Assembly: GCA_965202725.1 (NCBI GenBank)
Contig: OZ241845.1
Location: 794,640-858,639, forward strand
DNA: 64,000 nucleotides
Origin: Candidatus Poribacteria bacterium
Lineage (GTDB): Bacteria; Poribacteria; WGA-4E; WGA-3G
Direction: 5' to 3'
Part shown: piece by piece, positions 1-8,022 of the stretch
How the letters are laid out: every line of letters starts with the position of its first letter
Numbering within the stretch: the first letter of the stretch is position 1
Program-made: the position numbers and the translations under genes
Notes under the pieces: model-generated
The model's database searches: none
Told to the model about the DNA's origin: nothing
The model's input: only the letters and a program-made list of their open reading frames with translations

Positions 1-404
1 TCGGTGGTGTCGTTAGCATTTTCCTTACGGGTGGTGTACTGAGTATCCCATCAATGGTGGGTTTCATTCTGCTATTTGGAATCGCCGTGCGAAACGGTAT
101 CATCTTGGTAACCCATATCAATACCCTACGTTCAGAAGGAATTCCGCTCTACAATGCCACTCTAAAGGGCGCGGAGGAACGGATTAGCCCAGTCCTCATG
201 ACTGCCCTGACAACAGGGCTAGGCATGCTACCATTGGCACTTGCACACGGTTCAGGTGCCGAACTCCAAAAACCGCTGGCAATTGTCATCAGTGGCGGTA
301 TGATAACTGCAACACTTTTGACACTCCTTGTGTTACCCGTCTTATATTATTTGGTCGAACTAAGTTGGTTGACAAGTTCTCAACGGCAAAGCGAGAAAAT
401 ATAG
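1..404 (+). CDS. RND-family (HME/CzcA-CusA-like) efflux transporter, C-terminal fragment; the 5' part lies upstream of the window
   Basis: The reading frame is open to the window edge. The translation ...GMLPLALAHGSGAELQKPLAIVISGGMITATLLTLLVLPVLYYL matches the conserved last TM helices of RND inner-membrane pumps. Confidence 0.6.
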   Translation, partial: GGVVSIFLTGGVLSIPSMVGFILLFGIAVRNGIILVTHINTLRSEGIPLYNATLKGAEERISPVLMTALTTGLGMLPLALAHGSGAELQKPLAIVISGGMITATLLTLLVLPVLYYLVELSWLTSSQRQSEKI

Positions 405-490
405 GAAATTGTAAACTTTTTTGAAACTTTTTTCGTTGAAAGGTGTCTAAGGGTAAGAAAGCAGAACTTAAATGAAGAGAGGGAATTAAG

Positions 491-1228
491 ATGAAACGCA
501 TGCATTTCTATTGTCTAACTTTAGTGGTAGTCCTTCTATTTGTTGGCATTAGTATGGTAAGCATGGCTGAAGTGGCTGTCTTACAAGTAGAGATTTCGGA
601 TGTTGTCAGCAACAGAGACGCGCACCAGATTCGACGGTTGTTAGCGCCGTGGGCTGATGCCGAAGACATCACCTTCGAGATGCCTGTTGATAAGAACGGA
701 AGAAAACGGATTTTCAGTACCCTTGTGAAGATTAAGCCCCGACAGGGGGTCTCTAAATACAGTGAAACACATACGTTTGATGTCTATGACATCATGCGTC
801 AACTCAACGACTCGCGTTTTCGAGGTAGACATGGGATCGGATTTTCTCGCGTCCTTAAAAGCGAGGTGACCATTCGGGGGGATCTCTTCGCACATCCCGG
901 TTTTGCTCGGAGTTACCTCCGAAACGTGCCGTCGTGGCGACGCTGGCGCCCGGACACCTCGAATATCCATCATGCAATGACAGCCGGTTATGATGAACAA
1001 AAGTTCGTCTTCAGTGCGAATCCTGAATTCGATCAACTACGGCTTGACGCAGCGGATAACGATAAACCTGTGAAGGTACAGGGGGTCATCACCGGGTTCG
1101 ATGGGCCTTACCCAATTGTGTCGGTACGTAAGTATAAGGTAGGTTATCACTTGAGAACAGGAGCATCGGAAGCATCTGGAACGCAGACAACGGGGAAGCC
1201 AACGTATGACTATCTTGAGGAACGTTAG
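491..1228 (+). CDS. hypothetical secreted protein (N-terminal signal peptide), directly downstream of the RND gene
   Basis: 245-aa ORF with a hydrophobic N-terminus (MKRMHFYCLTLVVVLLFVGISMVSMA) and a GGGAAT RBS-like sequence upstream. I recognise no family. Confidence 0.4.
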   Translation: MKRMHFYCLTLVVVLLFVGISMVSMAEVAVLQVEISDVVSNRDAHQIRRLLAPWADAEDITFEMPVDKNGRKRIFSTLVKIKPRQGVSKYSETHTFDVYDIMRQLNDSRFRGRHGIGFSRVLKSEVTIRGDLFAHPGFARSYLRNVPSWRRWRPDTSNIHHAMTAGYDEQKFVFSANPEFDQLRLDAADNDKPVKVQGVITGFDGPYPIVSVRKYKVGYHLRTGASEASGTQTTGKPTYDYLEER

Positions 1229-1241
1229 TGAACGCGAATAA

Positions 1242-2414
1242 CTACTGATACCCACCCGTGTTGAATAGGACAACGCGCTCGGAAGGTTCAACCATTCCTT
1301 TTGAGACGAGTTGTTCGAGTGCCGCGACTGTCGATGCACCTTCAGGACACGTCAGGATACCTTCGGTTGTTGGGAGTAAGTGCATTGCGTCGCGGATGGC
1401 TTCGTCCGTGACAGCGATTGCGGCCCCGTTGCTTTTACGAATCGCCTCTAAAATCAGAAAATCCCCGATCGCTTGTGGTACACGCAAACCGCTCGCAATC
1501 GTCTGTGCATTATACCAGGGCGTTGCTTCCGTTGCCCCTGCTTCCCACGCCTTGACAATCGGCGCACATCCTGTCGATTGCACCGAAATGAACCGAGGTC
1601 TTTTCTCGCCAATCCAACCGATCGCTTCCAATTCTGCAAAACCTTTCCACATCCCGACGATCCCAGTGCCGCCACCGGTAGGATAGATAATGACATCTGG
1701 CAGTTCCCAATTGCACTGCTCCGCAAGTTCGAACCCCATCGTCTTTTTACCTTCCACGCGGTACGGCTCTTTCAGGGTTGATACGTCGAACCAACCTTCC
1801 TGTTCCTTTCGCTCCGCCACAATTCTGCCAGCATCCGTAATTAAACCGTCAATCAACGTAACGTTTGCCCCAGCAAGTTGACACGTCCGCTTATTGAAGA
1901 CAGGTGTATCTTGTGGCATGAAGATATGTGCGGTCATCCCTGCAGCGGCAGCATAAACCGCAAGCGCTGTTGCTGCGTTGCCAGCGGAGGGGATTGCTAA
2001 TGCGCTCAGTCCGAGCGATTTGGCCTTGGATACCGCCATCGCCAAGCCGCGTGCCTTGAAGCTGCCCGTGGGTAAGCGCGATTCATCTTTCACCCAAACT
2101 TCGGTAAGCCCAAATCTTGCACCTAACCTTTGGGTGTGGACGAGCGGAGTCATCGTTTCACCAAGCGATACGATATCCACTGAGGTTGATATAGGCAGAA
2201 GCTCATTATAACGCCAAAGCGAAGACGGTCGAGATGCTAACGTATCGCGTGTCCACGTCTCTGACAACTGTTCAAGGTCATAACGGGTAAGCAGAGGCTT
2301 TCCACAAGCGTTACAGACGTTCTGTGGCACTGTGTGCGAATAGATCTCGCTACACTTACTACATTCAAGATGTTTTATAGTTTCACTGGGAGAGAAAGAG
2401 AAATGGTGATCCAA
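1242..2414 (-). CDS. thrC: threonine synthase (PLP-dependent, with N-terminal Cys4 zinc-ribbon)
   Basis: GSFKARG lysine motif, a glycine-rich PLP loop (GNAATALAVYAAAAG) and CSKCS...CNAC at the N-terminus. Length is 390 aa. Confidence 0.75.
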   Translation of the reverse strand: MDHHFSFSPSETIKHLECSKCSEIYSHTVPQNVCNACGKPLLTRYDLEQLSETWTRDTLASRPSSLWRYNELLPISTSVDIVSLGETMTPLVHTQRLGARFGLTEVWVKDESRLPTGSFKARGLAMAVSKAKSLGLSALAIPSAGNAATALAVYAAAAGMTAHIFMPQDTPVFNKRTCQLAGANVTLIDGLITDAGRIVAERKEQEGWFDVSTLKEPYRVEGKKTMGFELAEQCNWELPDVIIYPTGGGTGIVGMWKGFAELEAIGWIGEKRPRFISVQSTGCAPIVKAWEAGATEATPWYNAQTIASGLRVPQAIGDFLILEAIRKSNGAAIAVTDEAIRDAMHLLPTTEGILTCPEGASTVAALEQLVSKGMVEPSERVVLFNTGGYQ

Positions 2415-2449
2415 GAAAATTCCTTATATTCCTCAAAATGTGGCGGTGA

Positions 2450-3388
2450 TTAAGATTGCGCGAGCAGTTTGAGAATGATCGCTTTCATGCTGTGGAGGCG
2501 GTTTTCGGACTGGTTAAAGATGATTGAGCGCTCGTCGTTGACGAGTTCGCCTGAAATCTCATATCCGTGGTGTGCAGGAAGACAGTGCATAACCCGGCAC
2601 TCGTGTCCTTTTAACAGTTCGGCGTTCAATTGATACGGCATCATCTTCTCCAATCGGCGCGTGCGTTCTTTAGCGAAAGCCGAGTCCGTAAAGAATTCCA
2701 TGTCCACCCACGTATCCGTGTAGACAATATCGCTTTCAGCGATGACCTGTTCTAGTGAACTTTCAACACCTGAAGTATTGGTATCAATCGGCTTATAGAG
2801 TCCTTTCCGCGCAGCCTCCTCCCAGAGTGCTTTATCAACAGCAGCGGGATTCACCTCTGGTGCAACGACTGTGACCTCAACACCGACCTTCATGCCAGCA
2901 GCGATCAGTGAATTACAGACGTTGTTATGCACACCGATAAAACACAATTTGACCCCTTCGAGTCTGCCGAGGTGCTCTTGTATTGTCATCAGGTCCCCGA
3001 GGGCTTGCGTCGGGTGGTATCTGTCACAGCACGCGTTAATTACAGGCACGGTTGCAGCAGCAGCGGCTTCAACGAGTTCAGTATGTTTCAAGAAACGGGC
3101 TAAGATAATATCAACGTACGCTGAGAGTACGCGCATTTCGTCGCCGAGATCGGCTAACGCAAAGTTGGTCGTCCGCCAATCGAGGTAGTGCGCATGCCCA
3201 CCGAGTTGCGTGATGCCAACCTCACCCGCACATCGCGTCCGTGTGGAGGTCTTTTGGAAAAGCAGGCAGAGACTTTTCCCACCGACAGCGTGTCTATATT
3301 TTTCAGGATGGTTTTTTATTTTCAGGCTGTTTTCAACTGTTTCAAGAAGAGTTGTTTCTGACCAAGGTTTTAGTGTAATTAGGTGCAT
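2450..3388 (-). CDS. carbamoyltransferase of the OTCase/ATCase family (ornithine carbamoyltransferase-like, divergent substrate loop)
   Basis: STRTR carbamoyl-phosphate motif, HPTQ motif, HCLPAHHG motif. DTWVDME stands where OTCases have DxWxSMG. Confidence 0.65.
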   Translation of the reverse strand: MHLITLKPWSETTLLETVENSLKIKNHPEKYRHAVGGKSLCLLFQKTSTRTRCAGEVGITQLGGHAHYLDWRTTNFALADLGDEMRVLSAYVDIILARFLKHTELVEAAAAATVPVINACCDRYHPTQALGDLMTIQEHLGRLEGVKLCFIGVHNNVCNSLIAAGMKVGVEVTVVAPEVNPAAVDKALWEEAARKGLYKPIDTNTSGVESSLEQVIAESDIVYTDTWVDMEFFTDSAFAKERTRRLEKMMPYQLNAELLKGHECRVMHCLPAHHGYEISGELVNDERSIIFNQSENRLHSMKAIILKLLAQS

Positions 3389-3581
3389 AATTACCTCCGC
3401 AGTCGATCTTTAAAAATAAGAAACCTTAATTATACACAACTTTCCAACAGAAGTCAAATGTTTTCTGGTGGATCTTAGAATTAATTGAGGGCGGTTCATT
3501 ATGCTCAGCACACAAACGACCTACTGCCAGGGCACTTTCAAGTCGCAACACGCCACCGTAGGGGTGAGGTTTCCGCGCCAG

Positions 3582-3606
3582 AGGGGTTGGGTCTCCCAAC
3601 CCCTAC
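3582..3606. repeat. REP-like palindromic element GAGGGGTTGGG-tct-CCCAACCCCTAC
   Basis: Near-perfect inverted repeat. Related copies lie at 7628, 44841, 62978 and a degenerate one near 37025. Confidence 0.7.
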
Positions 3607-3630
3607 AAACAATATTTGTGAACCAGCCTT

Positions 3631-3695
3631 CACAGCCTAACAGGAAACCATGCTACAATAGGATGCCCCCTGCTTGCGGGGGCGGGAGGGTAAGG
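3631..3695. repeat. composite dispersed repeat: A motif (reverse, CACAGCCTAACAGGAAACCATGCTACAA) followed by B motif (CCCCCTGCTTGCGGGGGCGGGAGGGTAAGG)
   Basis: Matches copies at 7877-7955, 50661-50814, 53283-53408, 57943-57969, 20806-20836 and 44771-44800. Confidence 0.7.
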
Positions 3696-3707
3696 TAGGT
3701 GGCGGAT

Positions 3708-4103
3708 TCATGGGCGGACGATTTGTTTTCGTTTGAGGGTTTCGATGTCCTGCGTGAGGGTTTGAATCTGCTTTTCGAGGGATGCGTCCCTTCTGCTACG
3801 CAACGCTATGAGGATTTGTGGAATGCCGACGGCTAAGACGATAAGGGCAATGAGGGCGACGATAAGCGTTGTGATGAGCGAAAGTCTTTTATCTATACTC
3901 TCTATCTGCGTATCTATACCCTTAGCTATACTCTCTATCTGCGTATCTATACCCTTTATCTGTGTGTTGATATATTCTTTGGTTCTAGCTTCTGACTCTT
4001 TAATCTTGGCATCAATTCTCTCTATGTCCTGGACAGTCAACTCACCGAGAGCCGGCAGCGCGATCGCAGCACAGAATATCGAGATTGCGAGGATCCTTTT
4101 CAT
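3708..4103 (-). CDS. small signal-peptide/coiled-coil protein with C-terminal TM helix; contains a tandem 33-bp coding repeat
   Basis: MKRILAISIFCAAIALPALG signal, repeated KGIDTQIESI(A/D)K units encoded by direct DNA repeats at 3893-3975, and a hydrophobic LITTLIVALIALIVLAVGI segment. Same strand as the adjacent restriction-modification gene, immediately downstream of it. Confidence 0.45.
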   Translation of the reverse strand: MKRILAISIFCAAIALPALGELTVQDIERIDAKIKESEARTKEYINTQIKGIDTQIESIAKGIDTQIESIDKRLSLITTLIVALIALIVLAVGIPQILIALRSRRDASLEKQIQTLTQDIETLKRKQIVRP

Positions 4104-4247
4104 GGGGTGTTCCCGTGCCAATTTGATTTATCCCCCTGCAAAGGTGCGAGGGTGGCAGATATGCCTTGTGGCAAGCTTAGCAGTGCCACCCACAACTGGT
4201 CAGAATAGTATAGTAGAAGGACAAGAATGATGCAAGTTGTTTTTCGA

Positions 4248-7200
4248 CTACCTCAATGCTGGTAAGCCGCTAACGATGTCCACCGTCTCCAAACTCACCG
4301 TAATCACCTGCCCAATCAGACGAAGAATATACTCCGGGTCCTCAGCACGATTCGGATCGTTCACAATTCCGCTTCGCTTGTCTACTTTCACACGGTATTG
4401 ATCCACAACCCACTCTAACGCAGACCGATTCCCTAACCGATATTCAAGGGCTTCCCCAGGAATACCCTCTAACGTCAGAAAATCGTTGTATCTGAGCCGC
4501 GTCTTATCTTTGGGGAATTTCATTCGCACTACAGACAAGTCCACCTGCATCCCGGGCGTTTCGATGGCATTAAATTTAGCGTATTCGGGTTGGGCTTCGT
4601 AGTTAAGGTGGAGGTCTGCTAATCGTGATCCGGCGTTGGCAAAATGCCAGAAGTCTTCGGCGAAGGGGATATGGGGTAAATCGCGCTTGAGGTTTTCTTG
4701 ATACCGCTCGCGGTAATGGGGATGATGCAAGAGTCCGTAGGTATAGTGGAAGATGTCCCACTTGGCGATAGTGTCGTCTCGGTAGTGGGTTCGGAAGTGT
4801 GCCAACGCCCAATCGGTGATGTTTTCACGTCGGTTTGAACCGTCCTCGTCATAGGTATAGAAGGGGAAACATTGATTCGCTTCAAATGCTAAATCTAAAC
4901 TGCATATCCGATTTGAAACAAGACAACCAAAGCCTTTTCTATTACCGACACCAGCGACACAAATTATCTTATTTTCCCTTTCTGTTTCGGGTGTAGGAAA
5001 AATAGACGGAAACACATAGACACATTCGTTCATCATCCTACTAAAGTAAAGGTGTGATTTTGTGAATGGGCGGTAAAGAGCCCTGCGAACGTTTTCAGCG
5101 GAAAACTCAGCCAATTGACTCTGTTTTAATTTTGACTTTAGGCTTCGGGTCCACTTGAGTTGAGTATCGTCAATTTCTATAAAATCGTTAACGTTGATGT
5201 TTCTGTTGTTTCGTCGTTCCCATTTAGATACCTTTCCATTGTAGTGTTCTATCATTCGTTGAACATTTTCAGTGAGGGCGGCATCATTGAAGTTATAAAC
5301 CCAAGCATCCCGATTTGTCACTACACCGAGGCTGTAGGTTTTGAAAAGCGTTCCCGCCACATCACCCGCACTCGCCTTTGCTGCTTTAGTGCCCATCGGA
5401 AGAAAGGTATCAAAAGCAACATGCAGCCCTCCTGTGAGCCACGTATGCCGTTTATCAGGTATGAGCTCCTGCCACGCGACATTGCCGACATGCTGCTTTT
5501 CTTCTAAAAACGCGAACGTTCGCTCTTTAGGCAGATCTGCTGTTGCATCAGTGTAGAGAATTCGCGCAAGCGAATGCCTAACCTCCCGCTTTGATTTCAC
5601 GAGGATATTGATACTCACACCCACCTGAATACCGAACACGTTGGAATCCCCGGGCTGCCCCTTGCGAACATTGCCACCCAAATCCAGAATGTAGAGCAGA
5701 TCAAAGTTATTGACGAGATGTTGGCGCACGCCATCAAACATCTGAGCATCCATAAAACTGTTGTTCGTTATGAATGCTACAATACCCTCATCGTCCAATG
5801 TATCCGTTGCCCATCGAATCGCCTTCACATACGGATCGTAAAGTTTGTTTTTCAGCTGCGCCCTGGAAGCAGCGGCATACGTGGCTCGGACCCGTGCGTC
5901 AACGCCTGCATGGGGACGGTTTCTGTTGTTATCGTTCTCATTGTTCTGACTCGCATTGTAAGGCGGATTCCCAATCACCACAAACATCGGAAGCTCTCGC
6001 TGCTCCTCAACTCGCAGGGTATTCTCAGGCGTGAAGTAGGAAAACTGCCCTGTTTCATGGGGCGCATCCATCAGCTGGAACGTATCAAACGTATCTACAA
6101 AACAGATATGCGGAAAAGGTTCGTAACTGCCGGTTCTCTCAAAATAGGCGTGTTCTATGTTGAGACTAGCGATGTAGTAAGGGAGTAGCATCACCTCGTT
6201 GCAGTGGAGTTCCTCGCGGTATTTTTGCGGGAGCCGCCTGCCTTGAATCTCTTGCATGAGACGGACGATAAAATTGCCGGTGCCTACGAATGGATCGATG
6301 ATGTGAACCCCCCTATCCGAAAGTGAGCGTCCGAACTCCGTCTTGAGAACGTGTTCAACGCTTTTCACCATGAAGTCAACGATCGGCTGCGGTGTGTAGA
6401 CAATCCCGTGTGTATCCGCAACATCCACGGAGAACCCTTGAAAGAACTGCTCGTAGATGGTATTAAGGAATGACTGCTTCTGTGAGAAATCGGTGATAGT
6501 CGCAGCAGTTTTCTCAATCGCGGTATAGAACGGATCCAAAGGGCGCAGGAACTCGGAACGGCTGAGCGAGCGGCGCGTCAGGATATGGATAACCTTTTCA
6601 ATCTCTTGAGCGATGATATTCCTATGCGTGAAATCGGGGTTGTCAAAGACGGTGCGGAAAATTCGCTCAGTGAGGAGGTGTTGAATGAGCATTTCTTCAA
6701 CCTGTGCCTCAGCGAGGTTCGGATCAATAGATGCCCGGCATTGCTGATGGAAGTTCGCAAACGCTTGTCGGAAAGACGGATTGTCCCGCATCTCGGTCGC
6801 AATCCGTTTCGCGACACCGCGCCCTAAGACAGGCACCTTTGCTTTGAACTCCTCAACCGCAGCATACCAATCGACGATGTTTGCTTCTTGATACGCAAAG
6901 AAAGTAGTGAGCACATTGATAAGGCTCTGTGGATCCGTGAGGTCTACATCCAGGCGGAGGAGTCCGTTCTGATAGAGAAGGGCATGGGTCGGAGATTGAA
7001 AGATGATATTTTTGAAGGGGTATCCCGCCGCTGACTTTTTTCGGGCTTCTGTCAGGAGGTCGTCCTGTGTATCTTTAGCTTCCCAGTGTCCGTGTGGTAA
7101 GCCATAACCGTCAACAACTTCCCCATCTATGCGGATCCTTTTGTAACCGCCGGTAGCGAGGGGGAGGGTGCGTGTCTTTTCACAGACGAGGGTGAGCCCT

Positions 7201-7346
7201 GCCCGTCGGCAGTAGTTCTGGAGGAGGTTTTGAAAAGCAGTTCGGACTGTGCCTTCGTGTTCAGCACCAAGTTCTGCGTATGCTTTGAGTTCGCTGTAGT
7301 AGTTTCTGATGGGTTTATGTGTGGGTTTGATATTGAGGTCAGGCAT
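4248..7346 (-). CDS. single-polypeptide Type IIG/IIL restriction-modification enzyme (MmeI-like: N-terminal PD-ExK nuclease, gamma-class N6-adenine MTase, C-terminal TRD)
   Basis: 1032 aa. N-terminal D-x9-EAK (IDGEVVDGYGLPHGHWEAKD) resembles the MmeI nuclease motif. Motif I is IIDPFVGTGNF and motif IV is GNPPYNAS. A long C-terminal region follows with no helicase motifs. Confidence 0.6.
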   Translation of the reverse strand: MPDLNIKPTHKPIRNYYSELKAYAELGAEHEGTVRTAFQNLLQNYCRRAGLTLVCEKTRTLPLATGGYKRIRIDGEVVDGYGLPHGHWEAKDTQDDLLTEARKKSAAGYPFKNIIFQSPTHALLYQNGLLRLDVDLTDPQSLINVLTTFFAYQEANIVDWYAAVEEFKAKVPVLGRGVAKRIATEMRDNPSFRQAFANFHQQCRASIDPNLAEAQVEEMLIQHLLTERIFRTVFDNPDFTHRNIIAQEIEKVIHILTRRSLSRSEFLRPLDPFYTAIEKTAATITDFSQKQSFLNTIYEQFFQGFSVDVADTHGIVYTPQPIVDFMVKSVEHVLKTEFGRSLSDRGVHIIDPFVGTGNFIVRLMQEIQGRRLPQKYREELHCNEVMLLPYYIASLNIEHAYFERTGSYEPFPHICFVDTFDTFQLMDAPHETGQFSYFTPENTLRVEEQRELPMFVVIGNPPYNASQNNENDNNRNRPHAGVDARVRATYAAASRAQLKNKLYDPYVKAIRWATDTLDDEGIVAFITNNSFMDAQMFDGVRQHLVNNFDLLYILDLGGNVRKGQPGDSNVFGIQVGVSINILVKSKREVRHSLARILYTDATADLPKERTFAFLEEKQHVGNVAWQELIPDKRHTWLTGGLHVAFDTFLPMGTKAAKASAGDVAGTLFKTYSLGVVTNRDAWVYNFNDAALTENVQRMIEHYNGKVSKWERRNNRNINVNDFIEIDDTQLKWTRSLKSKLKQSQLAEFSAENVRRALYRPFTKSHLYFSRMMNECVYVFPSIFPTPETERENKIICVAGVGNRKGFGCLVSNRICSLDLAFEANQCFPFYTYDEDGSNRRENITDWALAHFRTHYRDDTIAKWDIFHYTYGLLHHPHYRERYQENLKRDLPHIPFAEDFWHFANAGSRLADLHLNYEAQPEYAKFNAIETPGMQVDLSVVRMKFPKDKTRLRYNDFLTLEGIPGEALEYRLGNRSALEWVVDQYRVKVDKRSGIVNDPNRAEDPEYILRLIGQVITVSLETVDIVSGLPALR

Positions 7347-7579
7347 AAGGTTGCTCCGTGTATCGTTAAAATTGGGTTGTGGACAATCTCAATTATACAC
7401 GGATATAGGCGGCGGTTGCAAGTGGAAATTTGAGCGGCTATCCCCCGGAAGGTCAACGCCTAATGCGTCAGCAAGTTTCAATCTGACTCCGCCGCGTCAA
7501 AAGACTAAGTTTTAAAACGCAAATTTTGCGCAGCACTTGACTTTGTGCGTTGTGCTATGGTATTATAATAATTATAGAG

Positions 7580-7706
7580 GGTTTTCGGTGAAATCATGTT
7601 TTCGCCCAATTTTTGAGACACGCAGAAGGGTTGGGAAACCCAACCCCTACGATTGCCTAAGTTCTCAACCCCACGATGGCATCATTTCATCACTTAAACG
7701 GAAACT
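7580..7706. repeat. MITE-like ~130-bp dispersed intergenic element (copy 1), embedding a REP-like hairpin
   Basis: Aligns with 36966-37094 (GGGTTTTCG...ATGTTTTCGCC.AATTTTTGAGA.ACGC...ACGATTGCCTAAGTTCTCAA...GGCATCATTTCAT.ACTTA). Confidence 0.6.
7628..7650. repeat. REP-like palindrome GGGTTGGG-aaa-CCCAACCCCTAC
   Basis: Perfect 8-bp stem, same family as 3582-3606. Confidence 0.7.
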
Positions 7707-7876
7707 CTCTAATTACAATGCCAGCTTAAAAATAAATCTGTAGGGTGGGTAAAGCGATAAATACCCCCAAAACACCGGCAAACCTAAGGGACACATACCC
7801 GTTTTTCAAGGCATACCTTGTGTGAGTAGGTGTAGCGAAACCCAACACGTCACTTTAGGACTTACGCAGCATACTC

Positions 7877-7955
7877 TTTTGTAGCATCCCCCTTGCTTGC
7901 GGGGGCGGGGGGGTAATGTCAAACCTGCAGAGCCTAATAGGAAACCATGCTACAA
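7877..7955. repeat. composite repeat: A-fragment + B motif (CCCCCTTGCTTGCGGGGGCGGGGGGGTAATG) + A motif (reverse)
   Basis: B then A order, mirroring the A then B copy at 3631-3695 on the other side of the restriction-modification gene. Confidence 0.7.
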
Positions 7956-8022
7956 ATGCGGGGAGCAGAATGCATGTGTTTTTTCACATATCTCCGCCTC
8001 TTTTAGCACAGGGAGCAGATCA

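Noticed and set aside
3501-3698. Small ORFs translating the A motif as …PNRKPCY… (also 7897 upstream extension and 53121-53387)
   Set aside because: The amino-acid conservation simply reflects nucleotide-identical repeats occurring in both orientations. There is no RBS or coding periodicity. These are treated as non-coding.
4603-6188. Multiple 60-160-aa ORFs inside and antisense to the 3.1-kb restriction-modification gene
   Set aside because: They lie fully within a long ORF that has strong restriction-modification motifs. They have no independent signals and are artefacts of six-frame translation.
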